Below, piece by piece: positions 9,953 to 19,846 of a stretch of DNA of 64,000 nt. Source of the stretch: an uncultured Desulfovibrionaceae bacterium (GTDB lineage Bacteria; Desulfobacterota; Desulfovibrionia; Desulfovibrionales; Desulfovibrionaceae); NCBI GenBank assembly GCA_944325325.1, contig CALUZP010000065.1, positions 355 through 64,354 of the forward strand. Reading direction: 5' to 3'. Numbering within the stretch: position 1 is the stretch's first letter; each line of letters begins with the position of its first letter. The notes beneath the pieces were generated by a model that searched no databases, was not told the origin of the DNA, and was given only the letters and a program-made list of their open reading frames with translations. A program made the position numbers and the translations under genes.

Positions 9953-10910
9953 GGGCAATATCCACAATGGAGAAAAGGGGTTCAACGTTGAATTGGCAAT
10001 AATGAACCAGACTTCTGTCAAGGTCAAGAACGGTCTGGCCCTGTCTGGCGGATCCCCTGTCGGGAATGTCAGGAAGACGCTGGGTGCTGAAGATGTTTTT
10101 GAAGGCAGCGCAGCTGGGCAGGACAGTCTGTCATTTGTAGCGGGATGGATCCTGCCTACCGTTGAGGGGCGTTCCCCGCAGGCTGTATCACCTGCGTGCA
10201 GGAATGGAGCCGGGGCCTGTAACTGCCTGATGGTGCGCGCATGAGGCTGTTTGATGTGCTTTTCATGGTGATGAAGCCGGAGGCGCTGCTCCTCCGGGAC
10301 GCGGTGTACTGTGTGTGCCGGTTGCCAGCCCGGATGGGGCTGTGGAAAACGGGCTGTACCGCCTGCTCTGTGCGGCTGGCGTTTTTCCTCCGGGCACGAA
10401 ATCAGGGATCGGACGATACGTTAGAGAACATCCCTGGTGTTTCTCCCCGTGCCCGGCGACCGGCTTAAGTTTGGCCAAACCTTGGTCTTGGCCGGACTCT
10501 GGCGCACGGCTGATACAGCCGGCGGAGTGGTGTTTGTGCAGCCGGCGGGCGAGACGGTGCTCCATAAGTGAGTGGCCGCTATGGATCTGCAGTCGGTCCG
10601 GACAGGGATGTCCCCATTCTGTCCGTCCTGGATCTGCCTGCCGTGTTTGCAAAAGCAAAGCTGTCTGCAACGCCGGGAATGTTCCGTAGTAAAAACGGTT
10701 TGACGTCTGGAGCAATTCAAGCCATACTTAATGTTTACGCCAGATGGTTTGCTTTTATTAAGCATTCTTTCGCAAAGGTGAATCAAGGCATATATAATAT
10801 ATTGATATTTTTTTAGGAATAAAGTTTTCTTTTCGAAACTATGGCAGTGGTTTCCTTAAAAAACCGCGAAAAACCCTTTTCCGTCAGACTGAACCCGAGG
10901 TAGTTGTCTC

Positions 10911-13900
10911 ATGCCACGCAAGGGGCCTCATATTTCCATTTCGCCGGAAGCGGTTGTCAATCGCATTCTCCGTATCGAACCGCAGGAGTTCGCCAAGTGG
11001 CCGCAGTCGGTGCGCGACCTGGCTGTGGAGCTTTCCGAGGAACTGTTCCTTGTGATCTGCAACCCGTTTGTAGATCCGGACATGGTGCGCCAGAGTGTCG
11101 CCGAGCGTTTCAAGAGGGAACTCTTCTCACTGGCCAACCATTATGCCAATACGCTGGATGAAGGCATCACGCTGTTCTGGACGGCGCACGAGGCCGCGAT
11201 GGAGTTTCGCGAGGAGCTGTGCCGCCGCCTGGACAGCATCCTGCCGTCGGACGCGATCATCACCGCGCCCGGCGATCTGGTCAGTTGTGCGACTGACGCC
11301 ACCGACCTGCGGCTGGAGCTGCCGCTGCTCATTGTCGAACCGGCCTCGGCCGAGGAGATCAGTGCACTTATCCGGCTGGCCAACGAAATGAAGTTTGCCA
11401 TTGTGCCCATGGGCGGCGCTTCGGGGATGACTGGCGGGGCGGTGCCCGTGCGCCGGAGGACGGTGGTGGCCAGGCTGACCCGCCTGACAACGATCGGCGA
11501 CGTGGATTTGAAGAATAACACCATGACGGTGCAGGCCGGGGTGATCACCCAGAACGCCGTGGACAAGGCCGCCAGGCAGGGCCGGCTGTTTACGGTGGAT
11601 CCCGCGTCGCGCACGTCGTCGAGCATCGGCGGCAATATTGCCGAAAACTCCGGAGGCCCCTATGCCTTTGAATACGGCACGACGCTCGACAATCTGCTGA
11701 GCTGGCGGATGGTCACACCCACGGGCGAGATCATCGAGATCATGCGCGTCAATCATCCCCGGCACAAGATCCTGCCGGAGGAAACGGCTGTCTTTGAAGT
11801 GCGCGATGTGCCAAGCGGGGGACTGCGTTCGGTCATCGAGCTGCGCGGTGACGAAATCCGCCTGCCCGGCCTTGGCAAGGACGTGACCAACAAGGCGCTG
11901 GGCGGACTGCCCGGCGTGCAGAAGGAAGGCGTGGACGGCATCATTGTCGACGCCACCTTCATCGTGCACCACATCCCGGCCCTGTCGAGAGTCATGCTGC
12001 TTGAATTCTTTGGCCGTTCCATGCACGAGGCTTCGGTGGTCATTGGCGAGATCGTGGCCCTGCGCAACCGGATCCGCCAGAACGGCGACTATGCCAAGCT
12101 TTCGGCGCTGGAAGAGTTCAACGCCAAGTACATTCAGGCCATCGACTACAAGTGCAAGTCCGGCCGCAGCGATCAGCCTATTTCGGTAGTGGTCCTGCAG
12201 GCCGACGGCGATGACAAGGCCCTGCTTGATCGCGCGGTGGGTGAAATCGGCGAAATTGTGGCCGGGCATGAGAATGTGGCCTTTCTTGTGGCTCGCGACG
12301 CCCGTGAAGCCGAACTGTTCTGGGAGGACCGGCACAAGCTGTCGGCCATTGCCCGCAAGACGTCCGGTTTCAAGGTCAATGAGGACGTTGTGATCCCCAT
12401 GCAGCATATTCCGGATTTTGCGCTGTTCCTCGAACGGCTCAATCTGCGCTGCGCCGCCTGGGCCTATCGCCGGGCCCTGCAGGACGTGGGGCGGCTTCCC
12501 GGCCTGCCGACTACGCCGCCCGGCCTGAACCGCGAATTCAGTTTTGCTTCGCACATCATCGAAATGGGTGATGACGAACAGGCTCCCTGTTCGGATGAGG
12601 AACTGATGGGCCGCGCCCGCGGCTACCTGAACGAGCTGGCCGGCGCGTTGCCCGATCTGGTCAAGAAAATTGCCGCCATTCAGGAAAAAATGGACGCCAA
12701 GCGGCTGATCGTGGCCAGCCACATGCACGCCGGCGACGGCAACTGCCATGTGAATATCCCTGTCAATTCCAACGACGCCGAGATGCTGCGCCTGGCCGAA
12801 AAGGTCGTGGACAAGGTTATGGCCACGGCCAAGGCCATGGGAGGCGCGGTGTCCGGCGAGCACGGCATCGGCATCACCAAGCTGGCCTATCTTGACGAAA
12901 ACAAGATGGCCGCCATCCGCCGCTTCAAGGAGCAGGTCGATCCGCGCGAGGTGTGCAACCCGGCCAAGCTCATCCAGCGTGAACTGCCTGCACGGCCGTA
13001 CACCTTTTCGTTCAACCGGCTGATTAACGACATCCACGAAAGCGGCCTGCCCGAAAAGGAACGCCTGGTCAACATGCTGCAGCTGGTTCAGAACTGCACG
13101 CGCTGCGGCAAGTGCAAGCAGGTCTGTCCCATGCTCTACCCTGAGCGCGGCATGCAGTACCACCCGCGCAACAAGAACATGATTCTGGGCGCAGTGGTCG
13201 AGGCCATCACTTACAGCCAGTTCACCACGGGCTCTCCCTCGCCGGCAGCCATGGCCGAACTGCGCTGCATGGTCGAGCACTGCACAGGCTGCGGACGCTG
13301 TGAGGCTGTGTGCCCTGTGCACATCCCCTCGGCCGAAGTGGCCCTGGTTCTGCGTTCGTTCCTGGAGCATGAAGGGGCCGGGGGACATCCGCTCAAGTCC
13401 CAGATTCTTTCCTGGCTGGTGCGCAAGCCGGCCAAGCGCGTGCCGCGTGTGGCCAAGGTTGCGGCCATCGGCCAGAAGGCTCAGAACCAGATGCTCAACT
13501 TTGTTCCGGCTTCCCTCAGAAGCAGGATGTCCAGCCCACTGTTCGCCAGCAAGGGACCGACCACCAATTATACCAACCTGTACGATGCGCTGCATATCCG
13601 GCAGGGGCACATCTTTGCGCCGGCCGGTGCGGAAGGCGGGCCCGCAGTGCTCTATTTCCCCGGCTGCGGCGGCAGCCTGTTCCACAGGGCTATCGGGCTT
13701 TCGTCCCTGGCCCTGCTGCTCAGTGCCGGTGTGACCGTGGTGGTGCCCCCGCGTCACCTGTGCTGCGGATATCCACTGCTCAGCTCCGGTGCGGACGACA
13801 AGTTCGAACGCAACCGGATCAGCAATATCGAGGTCCTGCGTCAGACACTGCAGCGGGCGTCGGACGCGGGGCTGACTATCAACCAGATCGTTACCGCCTG

Positions 13901-14483
13901 CGGCTCCTGCCGTGAAGGCCTCGGCAAACATCAGCTTGCCGGGGAACTCGGGCTGCCTGAAATGCCGTTCATCGACGTTTCTCAGCTTGTTATCCCGCGC
14001 CTGGAGTCTGATCCCCAGCGCTGGCCGTCCACGGTCATTTTCCATGCTGCCTGCCATACGGCCTGGGCAGGCGTGCACAGGGTCAAGGGCGTGCAGATCC
14101 AGAGCAACGCCCTGTCGGACTTCACCGGGGCGGACGTGCGCATCAGCCAGCGCTGCTGCGGCGAATCCGGCATGGGGGCGATGACGTCGCCGCAGATTTA
14201 CAACCTGCTGCGCGAACGCAAAATGGAAACCTTGTCCAAGGATCTGGAAGGGTACGATCCGCGCGGACCTGTATTGGTCAGCTGCCCGTCGTGCAAAATC
14301 GGCATTGCCCGCAGCCTGATCCGCATGGGGCAGCGCCGCCCGGTGCTGCATACCTCCGAATGGCTGGCGCGGCTCCTGTTCACCCCGGTGTGGGGCCCTC
14401 ACTGGCTCCGGGTGTTCAGCCGCCGGATTACGGCCATCCCGGCCGATGAGCACGGCGTGCGCAGGGTGGATATGGGCTCATAG
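10911..14483 (+). CDS. FAD-linked oxidase fused to an Fe-S/CCG oxidoreductase (YdiJ / GlcD-GlcF-like 2-hydroxyacid dehydrogenase)
   Basis: 1190 aa. N-terminal FAD-binding PCMH domain (FAIVPMGGASGMTGGAVP), two ferredoxin motifs (CTRCGKCKQVCP, CTGCGRCEAVCP) and C-terminal cysteine-rich CCG-type repeats (ACGSCREG, SCPSCKIG). Substrate not determinable from sequence. Confidence 0.88.
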   Translation: MPRKGPHISISPEAVVNRILRIEPQEFAKWPQSVRDLAVELSEELFLVICNPFVDPDMVRQSVAERFKRELFSLANHYANTLDEGITLFWTAHEAAMEFREELCRRLDSILPSDAIITAPGDLVSCATDATDLRLELPLLIVEPASAEEISALIRLANEMKFAIVPMGGASGMTGGAVPVRRRTVVARLTRLTTIGDVDLKNNTMTVQAGVITQNAVDKAARQGRLFTVDPASRTSSSIGGNIAENSGGPYAFEYGTTLDNLLSWRMVTPTGEIIEIMRVNHPRHKILPEETAVFEVRDVPSGGLRSVIELRGDEIRLPGLGKDVTNKALGGLPGVQKEGVDGIIVDATFIVHHIPALSRVMLLEFFGRSMHEASVVIGEIVALRNRIRQNGDYAKLSALEEFNAKYIQAIDYKCKSGRSDQPISVVVLQADGDDKALLDRAVGEIGEIVAGHENVAFLVARDAREAELFWEDRHKLSAIARKTSGFKVNEDVVIPMQHIPDFALFLERLNLRCAAWAYRRALQDVGRLPGLPTTPPGLNREFSFASHIIEMGDDEQAPCSDEELMGRARGYLNELAGALPDLVKKIAAIQEKMDAKRLIVASHMHAGDGNCHVNIPVNSNDAEMLRLAEKVVDKVMATAKAMGGAVSGEHGIGITKLAYLDENKMAAIRRFKEQVDPREVCNPAKLIQRELPARPYTFSFNRLINDIHESGLPEKERLVNMLQLVQNCTRCGKCKQVCPMLYPERGMQYHPRNKNMILGAVVEAITYSQFTTGSPSPAAMAELRCMVEHCTGCGRCEAVCPVHIPSAEVALVLRSFLEHEGAGGHPLKSQILSWLVRKPAKRVPRVAKVAAIGQKAQNQMLNFVPASLRSRMSSPLFASKGPTTNYTNLYDALHIRQGHIFAPAGAEGGPAVLYFPGCGGSLFHRAIGLSSLALLLSAGVTVVVPPRHLCCGYPLLSSGADDKFERNRISNIEVLRQTLQRASDAGLTINQIVTACGSCREGLGKHQLAGELGLPEMPFIDVSQLVIPRLESDPQRWPSTVIFHAACHTAWAGVHRVKGVQIQSNALSDFTGADVRISQRCCGESGMGAMTSPQIYNLLRERKMETLSKDLEGYDPRGPVLVSCPSCKIGIARSLIRMGQRRPVLHTSEWLARLLFTPVWGPHWLRVFSRRITAIPADEHGVRRVDMGS

Positions 14484-14520
14484 CACTGCCCCCGGCGCTC
14501 TGCCTCCTGGCTGTTTCCGC

Positions 14521-14554
14521 AAGCCCCGCCTGCCAGACATGGCAGGCGGGGCTT
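14521..14554 (+). terminator. perfect 14-bp-stem hairpin downstream of the FAD/Fe-S oxidoreductase
   Basis: AAGCCCCGCCTGCC-AGACAT-GGCAGGCGGGGCTT, 38 nt after the stop. No T-tract follows. Confidence 0.6.
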
Positions 14555-14886
14555 CCAGCATGCCGCTAAGGCATGCAAACCGGCAGGCGGTATGACAAAG
14601 GCATCAGCGGATGGCAGACGGGACAGGCCTGCCATTGCCAGGAAAGCCGCTGTACAAAGGGCGCTGCAAAGGTTTCCCCGTACTATGAGAGGGCCGGGGG
14701 TGTCCCGGAAAAACAGAAGTCAGAGACGTGCTGGATCCAGGGAGCAAGCGAGGGCCTTGTGGCGTGCCGGGGCTGGATTGCTGCGCCATTTTCCGTTATG
14801 CAGGACCGTTGTACGGCCGTCTCAGGCCTGCCCCGTGCCGGGCTGGTGTGGAGAGTCCGGCAGGGCCGTCAACCAGGAGTGTCATC

Positions 14887-15813
14887 GTGAGCTTTTTTTC
14901 CGTCCGTCCCGTATTGAGTGGCAGTCTTCTGGCCCTGCTGGCAACGATCATCTGGTCCGGCAACTTTGTCCTGGCCCGCGCCATGGCTGAGGAGGTGCCT
15001 CCACTGACCCTGTCGCTGCTGCGCTGGGGCACGGCATTTGTGATCCTGCTGCCCTTTGGCGCGCGCAATGTCTGGAAGGCCAGGCGGTGTATCGCATCAC
15101 GGTTGGGCTATTTTATTTTTACAGGGCTGGTTGGCGTTACGCTGTTCAACTCGCTGATCTACATTGCCGGCCGGACAACACCGGCCATGAACATGGCGCT
15201 GCTGGCCGCCAGCTCGCCGGTGTTCGCCCTGCTGCTGTCATGGCTGGTCAAGCTGGGGCGGCCCAACCTGCGCCATGGGCTGGCCGTACTCTGTGCCCTG
15301 ACAGGCGCCCTGATCATCATCGCACGCGGAGATGTCCATGCCCTGCTCAGACTCGAATTCAGCACCGGAGACGTATGGACCCTGGCCGGCGCCGTGTGCT
15401 TTGCCGCCTACTCCATCCTGGTGCGCTGGGCTCCCAGGGAGCTTTCGCCCGTCGGGTATCTGATGACTGTGGTGGGGTTTGGGGTGATTCTGCTTGTGCC
15501 CATGGTTGCCGTGGAACTGGCGTCCGGCGCACATGTCGCCTGGAGCCCGCTGCTTGCTCTGCAGGTGCTGCACCTGGGGCTTGGCATGAGCGTGGTGGCG
15601 TTTTTGTGCTGGAATGCGGCCATTGCCCGCATCGGGGCGGCCAGCGCTTCAATGATCTACTATTCGCTTCCGGTGCTTAGCGCTGTGCAGGCCATGTGGC
15701 TGCTGGGCGAACGCCTGACGGGCGCGTTCCTGGTTGGCGCGGCGTTCGTCTTGTGCGGCATCCTGCTTGGCCGTCCCATCAGCCGTCCGGCAGGCGGCAA
15801 GCCCGTCCGATAG
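14887..15813 (+). CDS. EamA/DMT-family transporter
   Basis: ORF 14728..15813. The hydrophobic EamA-like body begins at VSFFSVRPVLSGSLLALLATIIWSGNFV, so GTG 14887 is proposed as the start (uncertain). About 10 predicted TM segments in two repeats. Confidence 0.78.
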   Translation: MSFFSVRPVLSGSLLALLATIIWSGNFVLARAMAEEVPPLTLSLLRWGTAFVILLPFGARNVWKARRCIASRLGYFIFTGLVGVTLFNSLIYIAGRTTPAMNMALLAASSPVFALLLSWLVKLGRPNLRHGLAVLCALTGALIIIARGDVHALLRLEFSTGDVWTLAGAVCFAAYSILVRWAPRELSPVGYLMTVVGFGVILLVPMVAVELASGAHVAWSPLLALQVLHLGLGMSVVAFLCWNAAIARIGAASASMIYYSLPVLSAVQAMWLLGERLTGAFLVGAAFVLCGILLGRPISRPAGGKPVR

Positions 15814-15814
15814 T

Positions 15815-15865
15815 GAGCGGTGCGGCACAGCGCTGACAGTTCTGCCTGTCACCAAATAAGGAGCT
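15815..15865. repeat. possible degenerate fragment of the MITE-like element (terminal third)
   Basis: Shares GTTCTGCCT plus scattered matches with the end of copy B, and occupies the syntenic position relative to the duplicated segment 15905..16228. Similarity is weak. Confidence 0.25.
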
Positions 15866-16078
15866 CCCCGTTCACTGCACTCGGGAAGGGGGCCCCGTCG
15901 CGTTCAGGGCGCTGTGCCCGCCGCTGTCCTTCCCGTTCCTTCTGCATAACCGGGAGGCGCATGCCGGCCGTGCCGGAGGCTGTGTGCCCTGCCACCTTAC
16001 ACTCGGCGAACGTTGTAGCGCAACAGTGAGGCGTATTGCGCTCAGAGAGCCTGTGCGTCCTGGCGGCCATGCCGGCGG

Positions 16079-16228
16079 TTATGGCTGCCCGGAGCGCGCG
16101 GTGTCTGCGGTCTCTTTCCGGATGGCCTCGATGCCCCCCTGAAGCCTGATAAACAGGATGCGCCGGATATGTCGCGCCAGCTCCTCCGGTGGCAGATGCA
16201 GGGCCGGGATCAGCAGGTCCTCAGGATG
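16079..16228 (-). pseudogene. 3' fragment of a TetR-family regulator gene (paralog of 22810..23505)
   Basis: The minus-strand frame reads ...DLLIPALHLPPEELARHIRRILFIRLQGGIEAIRKETADTARSGQP*. The intact TetR ends ...SLIPALRLPPEELARHIKRFLFTGLQGYIEATREETADTALPGQP*. There is no N-terminal HTH and no start codon. Confidence 0.8.
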
Positions 16229-16614
16229 GATATCCTGACCCAAATGCCAAAGCGATTGGAACGCGTTTTTATGGTCCCGTGTCCTTTTTGGGGATCGTCC
16301 CCTTGATGGCTGAATTTGAGAACATGGATAATACCCCTCTCTGAGGACTCTGTGAATGTCGATTCCAGGACGTCCCCGGGAGCGGGAAAAAACGGGTGAT
16401 AGCGTCCATCCGGGCAGAAGGCGGATAAAAAAGAGGAGGCATGGCGTCCTTTAGCGATCTGCCTCTTGTTTACCCGGCAAGTGAAATACTGAGCCCTGAA
16501 GAAGGACGCCTGGCATGCACAGAGCACGCCAGGCATCTTCAGTATCAGGGGAGGAGGTTTCCTGCCATGCGGAGAGGCCGGGAGGTCTTGTTCCGCCTGG
16601 ACATCTCCTTAAGG

Positions 16615-17559
16615 CTATCGGGTGTGGTGCTGCATTTTCCGGCTGGCCAGTGAGGCCATGAACGCGTGCGCAACGGAAGCGCCGGCCAGTGCGGTAATGC
16701 CTGAAGGATCCTTGTCCGGCAGCACTTCCACAAGATCCATGCCGGTCATGTTGAGCTGGCTGCAGATGGCGCGCACCATGGTCAGGGCTTCGTAGGTGGT
16801 GAAGCCCTCGACTTCCGGCGTGCCTGTTCCCGGCGCGGCCGTGGCGTCGAGGAAGTCGATGTCAAAGGACAGGAAGGCCGGCCGGTCGCCAACCCGCTTG
16901 AGCACTTCGGCAATGATCGGTTCCATGCCGCGCCGGTGCAGTTCTTCGCCCATGACGATGCGCAGGCCCTGCGACTTGGGCCAGCTTAAGGCGTCCCGGC
17001 TGTACAGGGGGCCGCGAATGCCGATCTGGGTGGAGTGTTCGGGGCTGATCAGACCTTCCTTCAAAGCCCAGTAGAACGGGGTGCCGTGGTTGTAGGGCTT
17101 GCCGTAATAGCCGGAAATAGTGTCGCTGTGGGCGTCGAAGTGCACCAGCGCCACAGGGCCATGGACGGCGTGGGCGGCGCGCAGTGAACCCAGGCTGATG
17201 GAATGGTCGCCGCCGAGGATGACTGGTGTCGCGCCGGAGTGGAATAACGGAATCAGACCGTCACGGATGGCGTCGAGGCTTTCTTCCATGTAGCCGGGGA
17301 TGGTGTCGATGTCGCCGCAGTCCACGACTTTCAGCATTTCATTGATGTCTGCGTCCAGAACGGAGCAGTACGGCTTGAGGATCGTTGACGCCTCGCGCAG
17401 GGCGGCCGGCCCGAACCGTGTTCCTGGCCGGTAGGACGTGCCGCTGTCAAAGGGAACGCCTACAACCGCGACATCAGCGCCTTCAGGCGTGGACTGGAAG
17501 GGCATGCGCATGAACGTACGGATGCCGCAGAAGCGGGGAGAGGAATTGACGAAAGCCAT
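16615..17559 (-). CDS. agmatinase/guanidino-acid hydrolase (ureohydrolase family)
   Basis: ORF trimmed to MAFVNSSPRF at 17559 (AAGGAG upstream). Mn-site motifs HFDAHSD, GGDHSISLG and SFDIDFLD are present. Confidence 0.88.
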   Translation of the reverse strand: MAFVNSSPRFCGIRTFMRMPFQSTPEGADVAVVGVPFDSGTSYRPGTRFGPAALREASTILKPYCSVLDADINEMLKVVDCGDIDTIPGYMEESLDAIRDGLIPLFHSGATPVILGGDHSISLGSLRAAHAVHGPVALVHFDAHSDTISGYYGKPYNHGTPFYWALKEGLISPEHSTQIGIRGPLYSRDALSWPKSQGLRIVMGEELHRRGMEPIIAEVLKRVGDRPAFLSFDIDFLDATAAPGTGTPEVEGFTTYEALTMVRAICSQLNMTGMDLVEVLPDKDPSGITALAGASVAHAFMASLASRKMQHHTR

Positions 17560-17635
17560 GGAGTCTTTTCTCCTTTGTGTTGTGGCGCGGACAGGATTGA
17601 CGCCTTGATCCCTGCCTTCCTGCAGGGAGCAGCTG

Positions 17636-18949
17636 TTAGTCAAAAATCTTGTTGGGCAGCCAGGTGGTAATTTCAGGGAAGCACATCATGAGGGCGAGGA
17701 ACGCCGCCTGGATGAGAATGAACGGGATGGCGCCGCGGTAGATGTCGGGCAGCGTGACTTCCGGCGGTGCGACCGCCTTCATGTAGAACAGGTTGAGGCC
17801 ATACGGCGGCGTGATGTAGGCCATTTGCATGTTGATGACAAACAGGATGCCGAACCAGACAGGATCAAAGCCCAGCGCAACGACAATGGGCAGATAGATC
17901 GGCATGCACATGAAAAGGATGGCAATATCGTCCATGAACATGCCGAGCAGGAAGAAGCTGAGCTGGATGACCGCCATAATGAGGATGGGGTTGGGATCGA
18001 GGCTCAGGACCATCTGCTTGATCATGGCAGTTGCGCCAAGCCCTGTGTAGACTTTGCTGAACACAAGCGCCGCGATGATGATGTAGCCGGCAAATCCGGT
18101 GATGCTGAAGGTCTGGCGGCAGGCGTCGCTGAGCATCTGCAGGGACAGGCGCCGCTTGACGGCTGCACAGAGCACAGCGCCTGCCGCGCCGAAGGCGGCG
18201 GCTTCCGTCGGTGAGGCCAGGCCCAGGAAAATGGTGCCGAGGATGGCCGCAATGAGCAGCAGCGGCAGGATCAGCGAACCCAGGGACTTGAGTTTCACGT
18301 CAAGAGGCGGCAGCTCTTCCTTGCTCAGCGCCGGCGCGACTTCAGGTTTCAGCCAGGCGAGCACGCCGATGTAGATGGCATAGCATGCGGCCAGCATCAG
18401 CCCGGGGATGACGCCGGCCGCAAACAGCTTGCCGACGGAAACGCCGGTCAGGAAGGAGTACATGACCATCATGGTGCTGGGCGGGATAAGAAAGCCCAGC
18501 GCCCCTCCGGCCTGTACAATGCCCACTGCCAGCCGGCGGTCATACTTGCGCTGCAGCATGGCCGGGACGGCAATGACGCCCATTGACAGAACCGTGGCGC
18601 TGCTCACGCCCAGCATGGCCGCCATGAGCGCGCAGATGAGCACCGTCCCGATCCCCAGCGCGCCGCGCGCCCGTCCCGCCCAGAGGTAGACGGTATCGAA
18701 AAGATCCTTAGCAATTTTGGATTCGTGCAGGATAAACCCCATGAAGATGAACAGCGGCACGGCGCTCAGCACGAGGTTGTTCATCAGCTCCATGGTTGAG
18801 AAATACAGGATGTCCAGGGCTCCTTCGCCCCAGAGGAACATGGCGGCCAGCGTGCCTATGGAACCCAGGCAGTACACCACCGGCAGGCCCGTGCTCATCA
18901 GCAGCAGCATCGACAGGAACATGAGTGCGGTAACGGCAAAGGGACTCAT
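17636..18949 (-). CDS. dctM: TRAP transporter large permease
   Basis: 437-aa polytopic protein with DctM-like organisation. Overlaps the dctQ stop. Confidence 0.9.
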   Translation of the reverse strand: MSPFAVTALMFLSMLLLMSTGLPVVYCLGSIGTLAAMFLWGEGALDILYFSTMELMNNLVLSAVPLFIFMGFILHESKIAKDLFDTVYLWAGRARGALGIGTVLICALMAAMLGVSSATVLSMGVIAVPAMLQRKYDRRLAVGIVQAGGALGFLIPPSTMMVMYSFLTGVSVGKLFAAGVIPGLMLAACYAIYIGVLAWLKPEVAPALSKEELPPLDVKLKSLGSLILPLLLIAAILGTIFLGLASPTEAAAFGAAGAVLCAAVKRRLSLQMLSDACRQTFSITGFAGYIIIAALVFSKVYTGLGATAMIKQMVLSLDPNPILIMAVIQLSFFLLGMFMDDIAILFMCMPIYLPIVVALGFDPVWFGILFVINMQMAYITPPYGLNLFYMKAVAPPEVTLPDIYRGAIPFILIQAAFLALMMCFPEITTWLPNKIFD

Positions 18950-19452
18950 TGCAGTTCCTCCCCTGTCCAGGCAAACCAGAGATTCCGGAGGAATACGGCA
19001 AAGGTCTGGAGCAGCATCAGACCAATGGCCACCGGGATCAGGGCCTTCCAGTGATATAGGGGCTGCCCCCAGGCCGAAGAGGAAAGTTCCTGGAATTCCC
19101 AGGCTTCAATGGCGTAGATCAGCGAGACGCTGAACAGCTGGACAAAAAAGATGAACGTGAAGCCATAGGTCAGGCAGTTGACCACGGCGCGGGTACGCGG
19201 ACGCCAGCGCGAGGAGAAGACGTCCACGCCAACCTGAACGTTTTCCAGAATGGAGCTCGGGCCGGAAAAGATGATGTAAATCCCGAAAATCATCATGGCC
19301 AGTTCCGTGCCCCAGATCGTGGGGGAGTGGAAAAAGTACCTGGCAGCAGCTTCAAAGATCATGACAGCAACCAGAGGAATCATGATCCATTTGGTCAGAC
19401 GGCAGATCGCGGTATTGAGGTGATCGATGCCGTACACAATGGCACGGAGCAT
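18946..19452 (-). CDS. dctQ: TRAP transporter small permease
   Basis: 168 aa with 4 TM segments. AGGAGG lies 7 nt upstream of the ATG, and the gene is directly upstream of dctM. Confidence 0.85.
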   Translation of the reverse strand: MLRAIVYGIDHLNTAICRLTKWIMIPLVAVMIFEAAARYFFHSPTIWGTELAMMIFGIYIIFSGPSSILENVQVGVDVFSSRWRPRTRAVVNCLTYGFTFIFFVQLFSVSLIYAIEAWEFQELSSSAWGQPLYHWKALIPVAIGLMLLQTFAVFLRNLWFAWTGEELQ

Positions 19453-19846
19453 GCGGTGTCCTCCTGTTCGTTTGCGGTGAGAGCGCCTTGCCGTCTTTTT
19501 TCGGAAGACGCGTTTGCGTGACGGGGCCTCTTCCGGCGGGCATCCGGGAAGGGGCGGTGTGCAGCTGAAGCGTTCCGGCGGACACAGGCGCGGACGTCCG
19601 CGTCCAGCCTCAGGCCTCAGTCTTATGGTTGAAGGGCAGGCCCCTTGCGGCAGAGCCGCAGCAGGCCAGGCGCGATGCCGGCGTCAGGTCTGCACGCAGC
19701 CGGCTGAAACCGTGTTTTTCCGGCTGGCGGCCTTTGCGGCCGTCAGGCAGCGTTCTTGTGGTGCGTTGCCGCAGAGATCACGTTCCGGAAAGAGCCGTGC
19801 AGGCAGCCCGGTCAGGCGAACCGGGGTGCTGCACGGGCGGCTGTGT

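Noticed and set aside
8912-9991. Peptide-like conservation across MITE copies (…FPRNDRPYGLKRK.FQTE… and MK.FA.QTIRPVVSR…)
   Set aside because: Frames are interrupted or shifted by indels in copies C and D, there are no consistent start or stop codons, and the similarity is explained by DNA identity. The element is treated as non-coding.
10842-10855. Sigma-54 type promoter (TGGCAGTGGTTTCC) upstream of the FAD/Fe-S oxidoreductase
   Set aside because: The -24 TGGCA is good, but the -12 element reads TTTCC instead of TTGC at the required spacing. No enhancer-binding protein gene is nearby. Too weak to call.
11127-14453. 1108-aa ORF antisense to the FAD/Fe-S oxidoreductase gene
   Set aside because: Its composition is dominated by Arg/Gly/Ala/His/Pro with no recognisable motifs. 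It lies entirely opposite a gene with clear domain motifs. This is the typical stop-codon-poor antisense frame of GC-rich DNA.
16441-16653. 70-aa plus-strand ORF (MASFSDLPLVYPASEILSPEE...) preceded by AGAGGAGG
   Set aside because: The Shine-Dalgarno core ends only 1 nt before the ATG. The ORF overlaps the 3' end of the ureohydrolase gene in antisense and has no recognisable family features. It is kept only as a note because it lies in the lower-GC patch next to the TetR relic.
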